Below, in pieces: positions 1-7,311 of a DNA stretch of 10,731 bases. Position numbers and translations under genes: made by a program. Positions within the stretch are counted from its first letter, which is position 1. Every line of letters starts with the position of its first letter. The stretch covers positions 1-10,731 of the forward strand of contig JAYVCD010000204.1 of NCBI GenBank assembly GCA_043750125.1. Reading direction: 5' to 3'. Source of the DNA: Archangiaceae bacterium. Lineage in GTDB: Bacteria > Myxococcota > Myxococcia > Myxococcales > Myxococcaceae. The notes below the pieces were generated by a model. That model was not told the DNA's origin and did no database searches. It was given only the letters and a program-made list of their open reading frames with translations.

Positions 1-53
1 CGCAGGGCCGCCGCGCAGCGGCTCGCAGCGGGCGCAGAAGATCCCCTGATGGT

Positions 54-2402
54 TCAGGGGATCAAAGTGAGGAACAGCACGTTTTTCGGCTCGGAAGATT
101 TGATCGCCACCGCGATGGTTCCTCCTTTGGGAAGCGAAGCGGCGCCATTGGGACTGACGATCTGCCCCGGTTCCGAAAGGCTGGAAACCCGACCGCTCTC
201 GAAGAACTGCAGCTCGATTCCTGCGAGCCGCTGGATCTTCATCCGGTCGGTCGGAATGAAGGGACTCGAGTTGCTGCTCAGCACTCCAATTCCAATCTTG
301 CGCGCTTCCGACTTCACGCCATCGAGCACGAAGACGTTCGCCCCATCTGAAAAGCCGGCGAACTTCCCGAGCAACGGGTTGATGACGCTCGACTTCGAGC
401 CGACCATCGTGAAGTTGTAGCTTCCGTCGAGGGCCAGCGTTTCGGGAGCGAGCTCCGGGCTGTCGTAGACCACCGCGACCCGCTTCATCGTCGACGTCCT
501 CACCCACATCGCCCCGGGGGCATTGACGATCGGACTCTGTCCGGTGGAGTCGAGCGTCACGTCGGTGTCGGTGGTGGCAATTCCGCTCTTGAGGTCAAGG
601 CGTCGAGTCGGGTTGCTGCTGAACGCGATGTAGCGGGTCGGGCTGATCCACGCTGCGCCTTGCAGATTCAACCCAGTCAGGTGAACGATCGAATTGAGGT
701 TGGGAGGAACGCTGTCCTCGCGCACTTCAATTCCCAGTCCGCCCGACGAGTACGTGACCACCCGCGTCGCCGTCTCGTTGAAGAGCAGCTGGTACGCCGA
801 TGCGTGCAGTGTCGTCGCGCTCCCGTCGGCGGCTTTGACCAGCACCCTGCCTGGAGTCACTCCGCCCCAGGCCAGGGCGACCCAGTCTTTGACGGTGCCT
901 GAGAGGATGTATGGCGTCGTGGGAATCACTGCCGCCACCTGCGATGCGGTGTTCGCGGTCGAGCTCAGCACCTGGACGTTGCAGGTCGCCGCGCAGTTGT
1001 ACCCCCACAACACCGCGTAGGCGTAGCTGGGGCCGACTGGGGCAAATGCGTATGCCCCGAAGGTCTGCAGGTTGGTGAAAGCCGGGCTCACGCTGGTCGG
1101 GGTTATCAGCTGAACGTCAAAGGGAAGCGAGGCGCTGGTCCGTGCGAGGAACCGCTCGTTCGACTGAAAGTACGAAGGCAGGAAGGCCGGAAAGGTCGTC
1201 TTCACCCCGGTATCGAGGTCGACCCGGACCAGCTGATTCTGCGGCGTCCCGGTGAGAAACATCATTGTCGACTCGTCATTCGAGATGACCGGGCCGTTCA
1301 AGATCCCCGGCGCGGCGATCGAGTGGATCTGTCCGGTCACCGAGTTGACCGCGATCACCCCATTGGACGAGCCGACGACGAAGGCCGCCCACTTTCCGTT
1401 CTTGCTCAGGTAGAGCTGGGACACGTTGCCAATCGCAAACAGCTTCCGGGTGAAGGTCTTGGTGTCGAGAAAGTAGTACTCACTTTGGTAGTCGGTATCG
1501 ACGAGGACCCGAAGCACCGCGATGTCCGATTCGCTCGTCGCTTCCCACGAGGCGCCGCTGATCCGCGAGGGCCACGGAAACGCTTTGTACAGGCTCAACG
1601 TCTTCACCGCGATCGTCGTCGTCTGCCCCGCGCGCACCGTCGCAAAACCCAGCGACTGTTTCGGATACCCGGCCCGCTCGGCGACGGCCTCGTACTCGCC
1701 CGGCGGCAGCGTGAGCGTGAAGCCTCCGTTCTCGTTGGTCATCGCCGAGATGTCGGCCACCGAGACCTTGATGTCTTTGGGGCTTCCCCCATTGAACAGG
1801 GCCACGGTGCCTTCGAGCTTTCCGGTCAGCGTCAGGTCATTGCCCAGCGTCAGCGGCAGCGCTTCATTCTTCCCGCGCTTGAGCTTCACCATCGCGCTCG
1901 CCTGTTGGGGAAGCGGACCCGGGGCCTTTGCCACCAGCGCGTATTCGCCTGTCGGCACATCGAAGAATCCATAGCTGCCGGCGCCGTCGGTCAGCGAGAC
2001 GCGATCGCTTCCGGACAAGTAGACCGTCGCCCCCACCGCTGGCCCTGCGCTGTTCATCACCTTGCCGGTCACCGAAGCGAGCGGGTTGAAGATCAGATCC
2101 GGCACGGCGATCGAGGTGCTGCCGTCGGACTCGGTGCCGAACGCGTGCCGGCCTTCTTTGGTGTCGGGCCCCTCAACCGACACCTGGTACACGCCGCGGG
2201 GCAGCTTCTCGAAGCTGTAGGCTCCACCCCCGCCCGTCTCGACCTGCTTCCCCACCGCGCCCAGCAGCGTGACCCGAAGCCCGGCTGCGTCGCTGCCATC
2301 GCTGAACGCCACCTTCCCCGAAATCGTCCCGTTGGCTCCCCCACCACAGGCGGCGAGACAAAACATTGCTGCGCAGACTGCTGCACGGGCACCGGGGGGC
2401 AT
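54..2402 (-). CDS. Lipoprotein with three carboxypeptidase-regulatory-like (beta-sandwich) repeats and a C-terminal probable beta-propeller (TolB-like) region, 782 aa
   Basis: The start is reassigned from 2651 to the ATG at 2402, which has a GGAG RBS (2414-2411) upstream. The N-terminus MPPGARAAVCAAMFCLAAC ends in a lipobox. Three repeats follow the pattern G-x-(I/V/L)-x-G-x-V...T-x-x-x-G-x-(Y/F)...(L/V)P-x-G-x-Y: GTISGKV..LPRGVY, SVTGKV..VPTGEY, GKLEGTV..LPPGEY. The remainder is beta-rich with blade-like motifs (LSKNGKWAAF, ISNDESTMMF, FNETATRVVTY). Confidence 0.8.
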   Translation of the reverse strand: MPPGARAAVCAAMFCLAACGGGANGTISGKVAFSDGSDAAGLRVTLLGAVGKQVETGGGGAYSFEKLPRGVYQVSVEGPDTKEGRHAFGTESDGSTSIAVPDLIFNPLASVTGKVMNSAGPAVGATVYLSGSDRVSLTDGAGSYGFFDVPTGEYALVAKAPGPLPQQASAMVKLKRGKNEALPLTLGNDLTLTGKLEGTVALFNGGSPKDIKVSVADISAMTNENGGFTLTLPPGEYEAVAERAGYPKQSLGFATVRAGQTTTIAVKTLSLYKAFPWPSRISGASWEATSESDIAVLRVLVDTDYQSEYYFLDTKTFTRKLFAIGNVSQLYLSKNGKWAAFVVGSSNGVIAVNSVTGQIHSIAAPGILNGPVISNDESTMMFLTGTPQNQLVRVDLDTGVKTTFPAFLPSYFQSNERFLARTSASLPFDVQLITPTSVSPAFTNLQTFGAYAFAPVGPSYAYAVLWGYNCAATCNVQVLSSTANTASQVAAVIPTTPYILSGTVKDWVALAWGGVTPGRVLVKAADGSATTLHASAYQLLFNETATRVVTYSSGGLGIEVREDSVPPNLNSIVHLTGLNLQGAAWISPTRYIAFSSNPTRRLDLKSGIATTDTDVTLDSTGQSPIVNAPGAMWVRTSTMKRVAVVYDSPELAPETLALDGSYNFTMVGSKSSVINPLLGKFAGFSDGANVFVLDGVKSEARKIGIGVLSSNSSPFIPTDRMKIQRLAGIELQFFESGRVSSLSEPGQIVSPNGAASLPKGGTIAVAIKSSEPKNVLFLTLIP

Positions 2403-2698
2403 TTCGATTTCTCCATGGCCCCGAGGGTAGAGGGCCCAACGTGCTGGGAACCTAGCGCGGGGCCCGCCGGGTGAGACAACCAAAGCCGAATGAAAACCCT
2501 CTGAAGAACTGCGCCTGAACAGTCCACTTCGGCTGCGCAATGCCACCCGCAGTGACCAGGACGAAGCGACGCCGACTCCCGAAACGGCGCTGTGTTGGCT
2601 CTTTCCGATTGGGGAAAACGAAGCGGCGCGTGAAATGCACTGGTCGCCCAACGTTCGGCAAAGGGGTTACGCGGGTCGCTGCCCGGTGGAGCTCGGTG

Positions 2699-4273
2699 AT
2701 GTTCAAACGCACGTCGTTGATTGCTTTGGTCGCAACCGTCGCGGCTTGTACCGGCGAAGTCTCGGAAATCTACAACCCGGGGGAGCCCGTGCCTTCCCAG
2801 GCGGTGCCGCCCACGACGCAGCCTCCGGTTCGTCCTGACGTCCCCGCGACGGTCCCCAACTCGAAGGACGCGCTGCCGCCGGTGGTCGGGGTGCCTCTCG
2901 CGGCGGCCATTCCGCTGACCTTCCAGCCCACGACCCCCATCACCCCCGTGGTGCAGAGCGATATCTTCGTCGGCCTTCCCCGGGGAGCCGCGCAGCTCGC
3001 GATCCTTTGCGCCCGGGGTAACGGCGACCCGATTTCCCTGCGGCTGTGCGCGCCCCACCTTCCGGCGATCACCAGTCTGATCGAGCTGCAGAAAGTGCTG
3101 GGCCTCGATTTCAAGCCCGGGCAGCTGGGCAACGGGCAGGGCGGCAACCCGGCCTTTGTGCTCACCGGCCACTCTTCTTCGCTCGTCACCCGGTTTGTGT
3201 CCGCGATCAATCCGCGGGCCTTGATTTTCACCCCGCCCGCTTCGAACAACCGGGTCGGAACCCCGGTCGCCAACCCCAACTTCATCGGAATGGGGTTCGT
3301 GCGCGGTGAGCAGTTCGCCGAGTTGGTGGCGAAGGACCCCAAGACCAATGACCTCAATTTCTTCCTCGTCAGCTTCGAGCATGCCTGCAGTGCGACGAAC
3401 AGCTGCGCCCCGGCCGATCTGCTCACTCCCGACGTGGAAAAGAACTTCACCAACGTCACCGTGTTCCAGGACATCGACATCAAGAACACCGTCTTCGACT
3501 GCTTGCAGTGCCACCAGGCCGCGGGGGCAGGCTCGAAGAAGATCCTCCGGATGCAGGAGCTGCAGAATCCGTGGACCCACTTTTTCCGCAACAACCGCCC
3601 TGGCGGCCAGGCGATGATTGCCGACTACAACTCGGTGCACGGAACTCAAGAGGTCTACGCGGGCATCCCGGGCGCGGCGATCACCAATTCCGACCCGGGT
3701 CGGCTCGAGGGTCTGGTGGAAAACGAAGGCTTCAAGAACCAGCCCAACGAGTTCCTGACTTCGAAGATCGAGGCGGAAGTTCTGGCGTCAGGCACCACTC
3801 CGGGCACCAGCGCGACCTGGAACCTGCTGTACGCGAACGTGCTCAACGGGTCGGTGATTCCGGTTCCGTACCACGACGTGCGCGTCACCGACCCGGCGAA
3901 GGTGACGGCCGCCGCCACCAACTACAAGGCGGTCATGGCCGGGACGTTGCCTCGCAGCAGCCTGATGGACTTCCGCAGCATCTTCAACGGAGCGGGGATG
4001 AGCGACATGAGCTTCCAGCCCAAGGCCTCGCTGGACGGCAGAGGCATCATGGTCGCCATCTGTCAGCACTGTCACAACGCGGTGCTGGACCAGACGATTT
4101 CCCGCGCGCGGTTCGACGTAACCAAGCTCGCGACGATGACCCGTGACGAGAAGGACATCGCGATCGCCCGGTTGCAGATCTCGATCGACGACCGTCGCAA
4201 GATGCCCCCCTCGCGGTTCGCCACGCTGAGCCCGGCCCAGATTCAGCTGGCCATCGACGAGCTCAAGAAGTGA
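2699..4273 (+). CDS. Di-heme c-type cytochrome lipoprotein of unknown function, 524 aa
   Basis: ATG at 2699 with GGAG at 2688-2691. The signal peptide MFKRTSLIALVATVAAC contains a lipobox and is followed by a Pro-rich linker. Two CXXCH motifs are present: CLQCH (3500-3514) and CQHCH (4061-4075). C-terminal RRKMPP is a typical distal-Met motif of cytochrome c domains. Confidence 0.8.
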   Translation: MFKRTSLIALVATVAACTGEVSEIYNPGEPVPSQAVPPTTQPPVRPDVPATVPNSKDALPPVVGVPLAAAIPLTFQPTTPITPVVQSDIFVGLPRGAAQLAILCARGNGDPISLRLCAPHLPAITSLIELQKVLGLDFKPGQLGNGQGGNPAFVLTGHSSSLVTRFVSAINPRALIFTPPASNNRVGTPVANPNFIGMGFVRGEQFAELVAKDPKTNDLNFFLVSFEHACSATNSCAPADLLTPDVEKNFTNVTVFQDIDIKNTVFDCLQCHQAAGAGSKKILRMQELQNPWTHFFRNNRPGGQAMIADYNSVHGTQEVYAGIPGAAITNSDPGRLEGLVENEGFKNQPNEFLTSKIEAEVLASGTTPGTSATWNLLYANVLNGSVIPVPYHDVRVTDPAKVTAAATNYKAVMAGTLPRSSLMDFRSIFNGAGMSDMSFQPKASLDGRGIMVAICQHCHNAVLDQTISRARFDVTKLATMTRDEKDIAIARLQISIDDRRKMPPSRFATLSPAQIQLAIDELKK

Positions 4274-7197
4274 TTCGTGCTGCGGGCGCGGTGCTGCTCT
4301 TTGTGGCCGTGGGGTGTTCGAAGCCTGCCCCCGTCCACCGCAGCGAGCAGCCACGCGCCGGGCGAGACTATGAGGTCCCGGTTCAGGCGCTGTATGCCGA
4401 CGACCCGGGGTACGCGGCGCGGTGGCCGGTCGAGTACCGGGTGCGCGTCTGCGAGGGCCTGACCCAGGACCTGCAACGCGAAGCGCTGGACCTCGGCGCG
4501 CAAATGGGCGCTCCGTACTTTGCGGACCAGGTCGAGTGGTCCTGGCCGACGGCCGCCGCCGTTTCGGCGTTGCCGATGGGAGTCAGGCTCTCGGCCTTCA
4601 CCCCGGGCGTTCCGGCGCCGATCGCGGCCCCTGAGATCGAAGCGCATTGGCGGCAGTGGTTGGCGCCGTTTCGTTTCCTCGAGCGCTCGACCCTGAAGAT
4701 CAAGCCCGCCACCGTGAGTCCGGGGGGAGGTCTGCTCGCGACGGTGATGTTCGAGTTCGCCGGCCTCGAGCGCAGCGGAGACTGGCGGCGCGACTCGGGC
4801 AGCGCGTCGGTCGGGTTCGAGAAGACTTCCGGCGGTTGGAAGATCGTCCGCTTTGCCGTCACCGCGCTCGAGACGCAGCGCTCGTCTTCGAAGTTGTTCG
4901 AAGACGTGACCCTGGCCTGGCTCGCTTCGGTGCCCGCCTCGGTGCGCACCGATCTGCTGCAGGGGTCGGCCTCGGACGAAATTCATCGCCGGCTGCTGGC
5001 CGAGGTCAACCCGCTGCCGACCACCCTCGATCACCTTCAACCCGTCGCGATGGACGCGCACCCCGGGGTGGTGGTGGTCGACATCAATCACGACGGCTTC
5101 GATGATCTCTTCGTCTGGGACGTGCTGGGCACTTCGGTGCTGCTCGAGAACCAGGCGGGCCACGGGTTCGTCGACAAGACCGCCGAACATGGGCTTGGGT
5201 TCGAGGGCGTCTCGGCGGCGGCGTTCGCCGACCTCGACTCGGACGGAGAGCTCGACCTGGTCCTCGGTCGATGGTTCGCGCCCTCGCAGATCTTCCTCGG
5301 CCACCAGGGCCGCTTCTTCCCCGCGCGGGCAGGGCGGTTCGAACCGCTTCCGGCCAACGTCGTCACCGTCTCGCTGGCCGACGTGGACGCCGACGGTCGG
5401 CTCGACATCTTCCTCGGAACCGCGGCGCACGACTTTCACGCTCGGGTGGTCGCGTTGATGGAAAACGGCGAGGCGTTCGCCCACACCGTGGCCCCGTCCG
5501 AGCTGGCGCTGCTCACCGCCGCTTTGCCCACGGCACGGGCGGCGCGCGCCGAAGGCAAGCTCGACCCCAACGTCTACGAGATTGGCCCTGCCAACGTGTT
5601 GTTGATGAACCGCGGCGACGGGCACTTCGTCGACGAGACCGCCGAGAGGGGGCTGACGTTGTTCCGAAGCACGCTCGAGGCTGCATTTGCCGACGCCGAC
5701 GGCGATGGCTTCCCCGACCTGTTTCTGGCCAATGACTTCGCGCCGGCCAACCTCTACCTGAACCGCAAAGGTCACTTCGAAGACGTGAGCGTTCAGAGCG
5801 GCGCAGACCACATCTTCTTCGCGATGGGGGCGTCCTGGGGCGACTTCGATGGCGACGGCGATCTCGATCTCTTCGCTTCGGCGATGCAGTCCAGCGCCGG
5901 CAATCGAATCATGTCGGACGAGAAGAATTTTTCGACCGGGCACGACGCCGCGGCGCGCCTGGCCCGCAAGCAGGCCGCGCGCGGCAACACCCTGCTGCGC
6001 AACGACGGCAAGGGGCACTTCAGCGACGCCACCGCCGAGCCTGCGCTTGCCTCGCTTCGCAATGCGCAGTGGGCGTACTCAGGCCAGTTCGTCGACGGCG
6101 ACGGCGACGGCTGGTTGGATCTCTTCGTTCCGAACGGGTTTTTCACCAGCGCGACTTCGGCGGACCCGACGTGTGTCCGGGATCTTTGAAGTGATTACTG
6201 GCGAGGGGTCACCTCGCTGCCCACCACCGACGGAATGGCGAGCGGTCCCCGGGCCTCGGCGCGCATGGACTTCTCGGGCCGAGAGCGTGACCGCTTCTTT
6301 GCCTCGGTCGGCGGCGAGAAGTTTGTCGACCTGTCCTACCTGTCCGGCGCGGACGGAGCGGAAGACGGTCGCGCCTTCGCCCGAGCCGACTTCGATCACG
6401 ACGGACACGAAGACCTGGTGGTCATCAACCGCAACGCGCCCCGACTGCGGCTGTTTCGCAATGCCGTCGGGCCGCGCCTGCAGAACCGGTTTCTGGGCCT
6501 GCGACTGCAGGGCAAGCTCAACCGGGAAGCGGTCGGGGCCACCGTCACGGTGCGCTGCGATGGAAAGACGTTCTTCCGAGCCGTTGAGCTGGGAGCCGGT
6601 TTCGCCACCCAGAATTCTGGCTGGCTGACGATCGGTGTCGGCTCGTGTCTCAAGGCCGAGGCCGTCGAGGTCGGCTTCCCCGGAGCCGAGCGCCGCGCCT
6701 TCAAGGACGTAGCCACCAATCGCCATTACGAAATCGTCGAAGGCAAAGGTCTCAAAGACTTTGTGCCTGCGCTGACGGTCGCAGCCCGCGACAACGTGCC
6801 GCCGGGTTCCGCGATGCTCGCCACGCTGGGGCCCCTGGCGAAAAAGGCGGTGTTGGTCGAGACGTTCGCTTCCTGGTGCGAGGCCTGCCAACGCAGTCAG
6901 CCGCGCCTCGAGGCGCTCGGCAGCCAGTTTTCCGAACAGCTCGAGGTGGTCGGGGTCACCCTCGAGCCGAAGGACGACGCCGCGGTCATCCAGGCCTACC
7001 GGGCCGCGCACGCGATCGGACATCGGTTGTTGTCCTTCAGCGCAGCCGGTGCCACTGCGGTCGATGGAATCTTCGGCCCGTCTGCGCCACTGCCGTCGAT
7101 CGTGCTGCTCGAGGTGGCCACCGGAAGGGAGCTGCTGCGAACCGCCGGCGTGCCGACCCGCTCAGAGGTCGCCAAGGCGCTGATGGGTCAGAAGTAG
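4270..7197 (+). CDS. Putative selenoprotein: FG-GAP repeat (CRTAC1-like) + ASPIC/UnbV + TlpA-like thioredoxin lipoprotein, ~975 aa, with UGA at codon 640 read as Sec
   Basis: The GTG start overlaps the upstream stop (GTGA 4270-4273) and a lipobox VAVGC is present. Multiple FG-GAP Ca-binding repeats occur (DINHDGFDDLF, DLDSDGELDL, DVDADGRLDIF, DADGDGFPDLF, DFDGDGDLDLF, DGDGDGWLDLF). Track ORFs 4270..6189 and 6235..7197 share one frame with a single TGA between them (..CVRDL*SDYWRGV..). The downstream part continues the family pattern (FSGRERDRFF, DGRAFARADFDHDGHEDLVV), then ASPIC/UnbV (NREAVGATVTV..GAGFATQNS..IGVG) and Trx (FASWCEAC). Product family is high confidence; the Sec reading is an inference supported by the hairpin. 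Confidence 0.75.
6199..6219 (+). promoter_or_regulatory. Candidate bacterial SECIS element
   Basis: Stem GCGAGG (6201-6206) pairs perfectly with CCTCGC (6212-6217) and extends by G-U and U-G pairs to 6199/6219. The 5-nt apical loop GGUCA (6207-6211) begins with G, and 17 nt separate it from the UGA. This fits the bacterial SECIS consensus. GGUC also occurs in the apical loop of the E. coli fdhF SECIS. Confidence 0.7.
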
Positions 7198-7212
7198 GTC
7201 CCGCGTTCTCGA

Positions 7213-7311
7213 ATGCTCGAGGGCCTGCGCATCGTCGCGCTGAAGGACCCGGGTGGCCGCAGGCTCGCATTGAGCCGTTCAAAAATAGACTTAAGGTCCC
7301 ACCCCCAATGA
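7213..7311 (+). other. 32-codon mini-ORF, possibly a VOC/glyoxalase C-terminal remnant
   Basis: Translates as MLEGLRIVALKDPGGRRLALSRSKIDLRSHPQ. The segment GLRIVALKDPGGRRLAL resembles the VOC terminal motif G-x-R-x-x-x-x-x-D-P-x-G-N-x-x-E-L. The first ~17 codons end mostly in G/C. Its TGA overlaps the next ATG (ATGA 7308-7311). Confidence 0.3.

Noticed and set aside
1-40. Four CGCAG pentamers at roughly 10-bp spacing at the window start
   Set aside because: Too short and truncated by the window edge, and plausible by chance in GC-rich DNA. No CRISPR-like or iteron structure.
2656-2670. Sigma-54-like promoter CGGCAAAGGGGTTAC upstream of the cytochrome gene
   Set aside because: Spacing fits GG-N10, but the -12 element reads AC instead of the near-invariant GC, so it cannot be supported.
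1323-6018. Long antisense or alternate-frame ORFs (1323..2474 +, 2093..3649 -, 4243..6018 - and similar)
   Set aside because: These are shadow ORFs expected in high-GC coding DNA. They are Arg/Gly/His-rich, lack motifs, and overlap well-supported genes.
6187-6189. Genome-wide UGA reassignment (Trp/Gly) as the explanation for the in-frame TGA
   Set aside because: Other genes here end plausibly at TGA (54-56, 4271-4273, 8289-8291), and Trp is encoded by TGG throughout. Only this TGA interrupts a domain series and has a SECIS-like hairpin. A simple nonsense mutation remains a less likely alternative.
6235-7197. Independent 320-aa gene as given in the ORF track
   Set aside because: It has no well-spaced RBS or signal peptide and begins mid-propeller. 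It is better explained as the read-through C-terminus.
6645-7307. 221-aa N-terminal extension of the 6645..8291 ORF, and likewise the extensions at 2540-2698 and 2403-2651
   Set aside because: They overlap other genes or the divergent intergenic region. Signal peptides, and RBSs where present, identify the internal starts 7308, 2699 and 2402.
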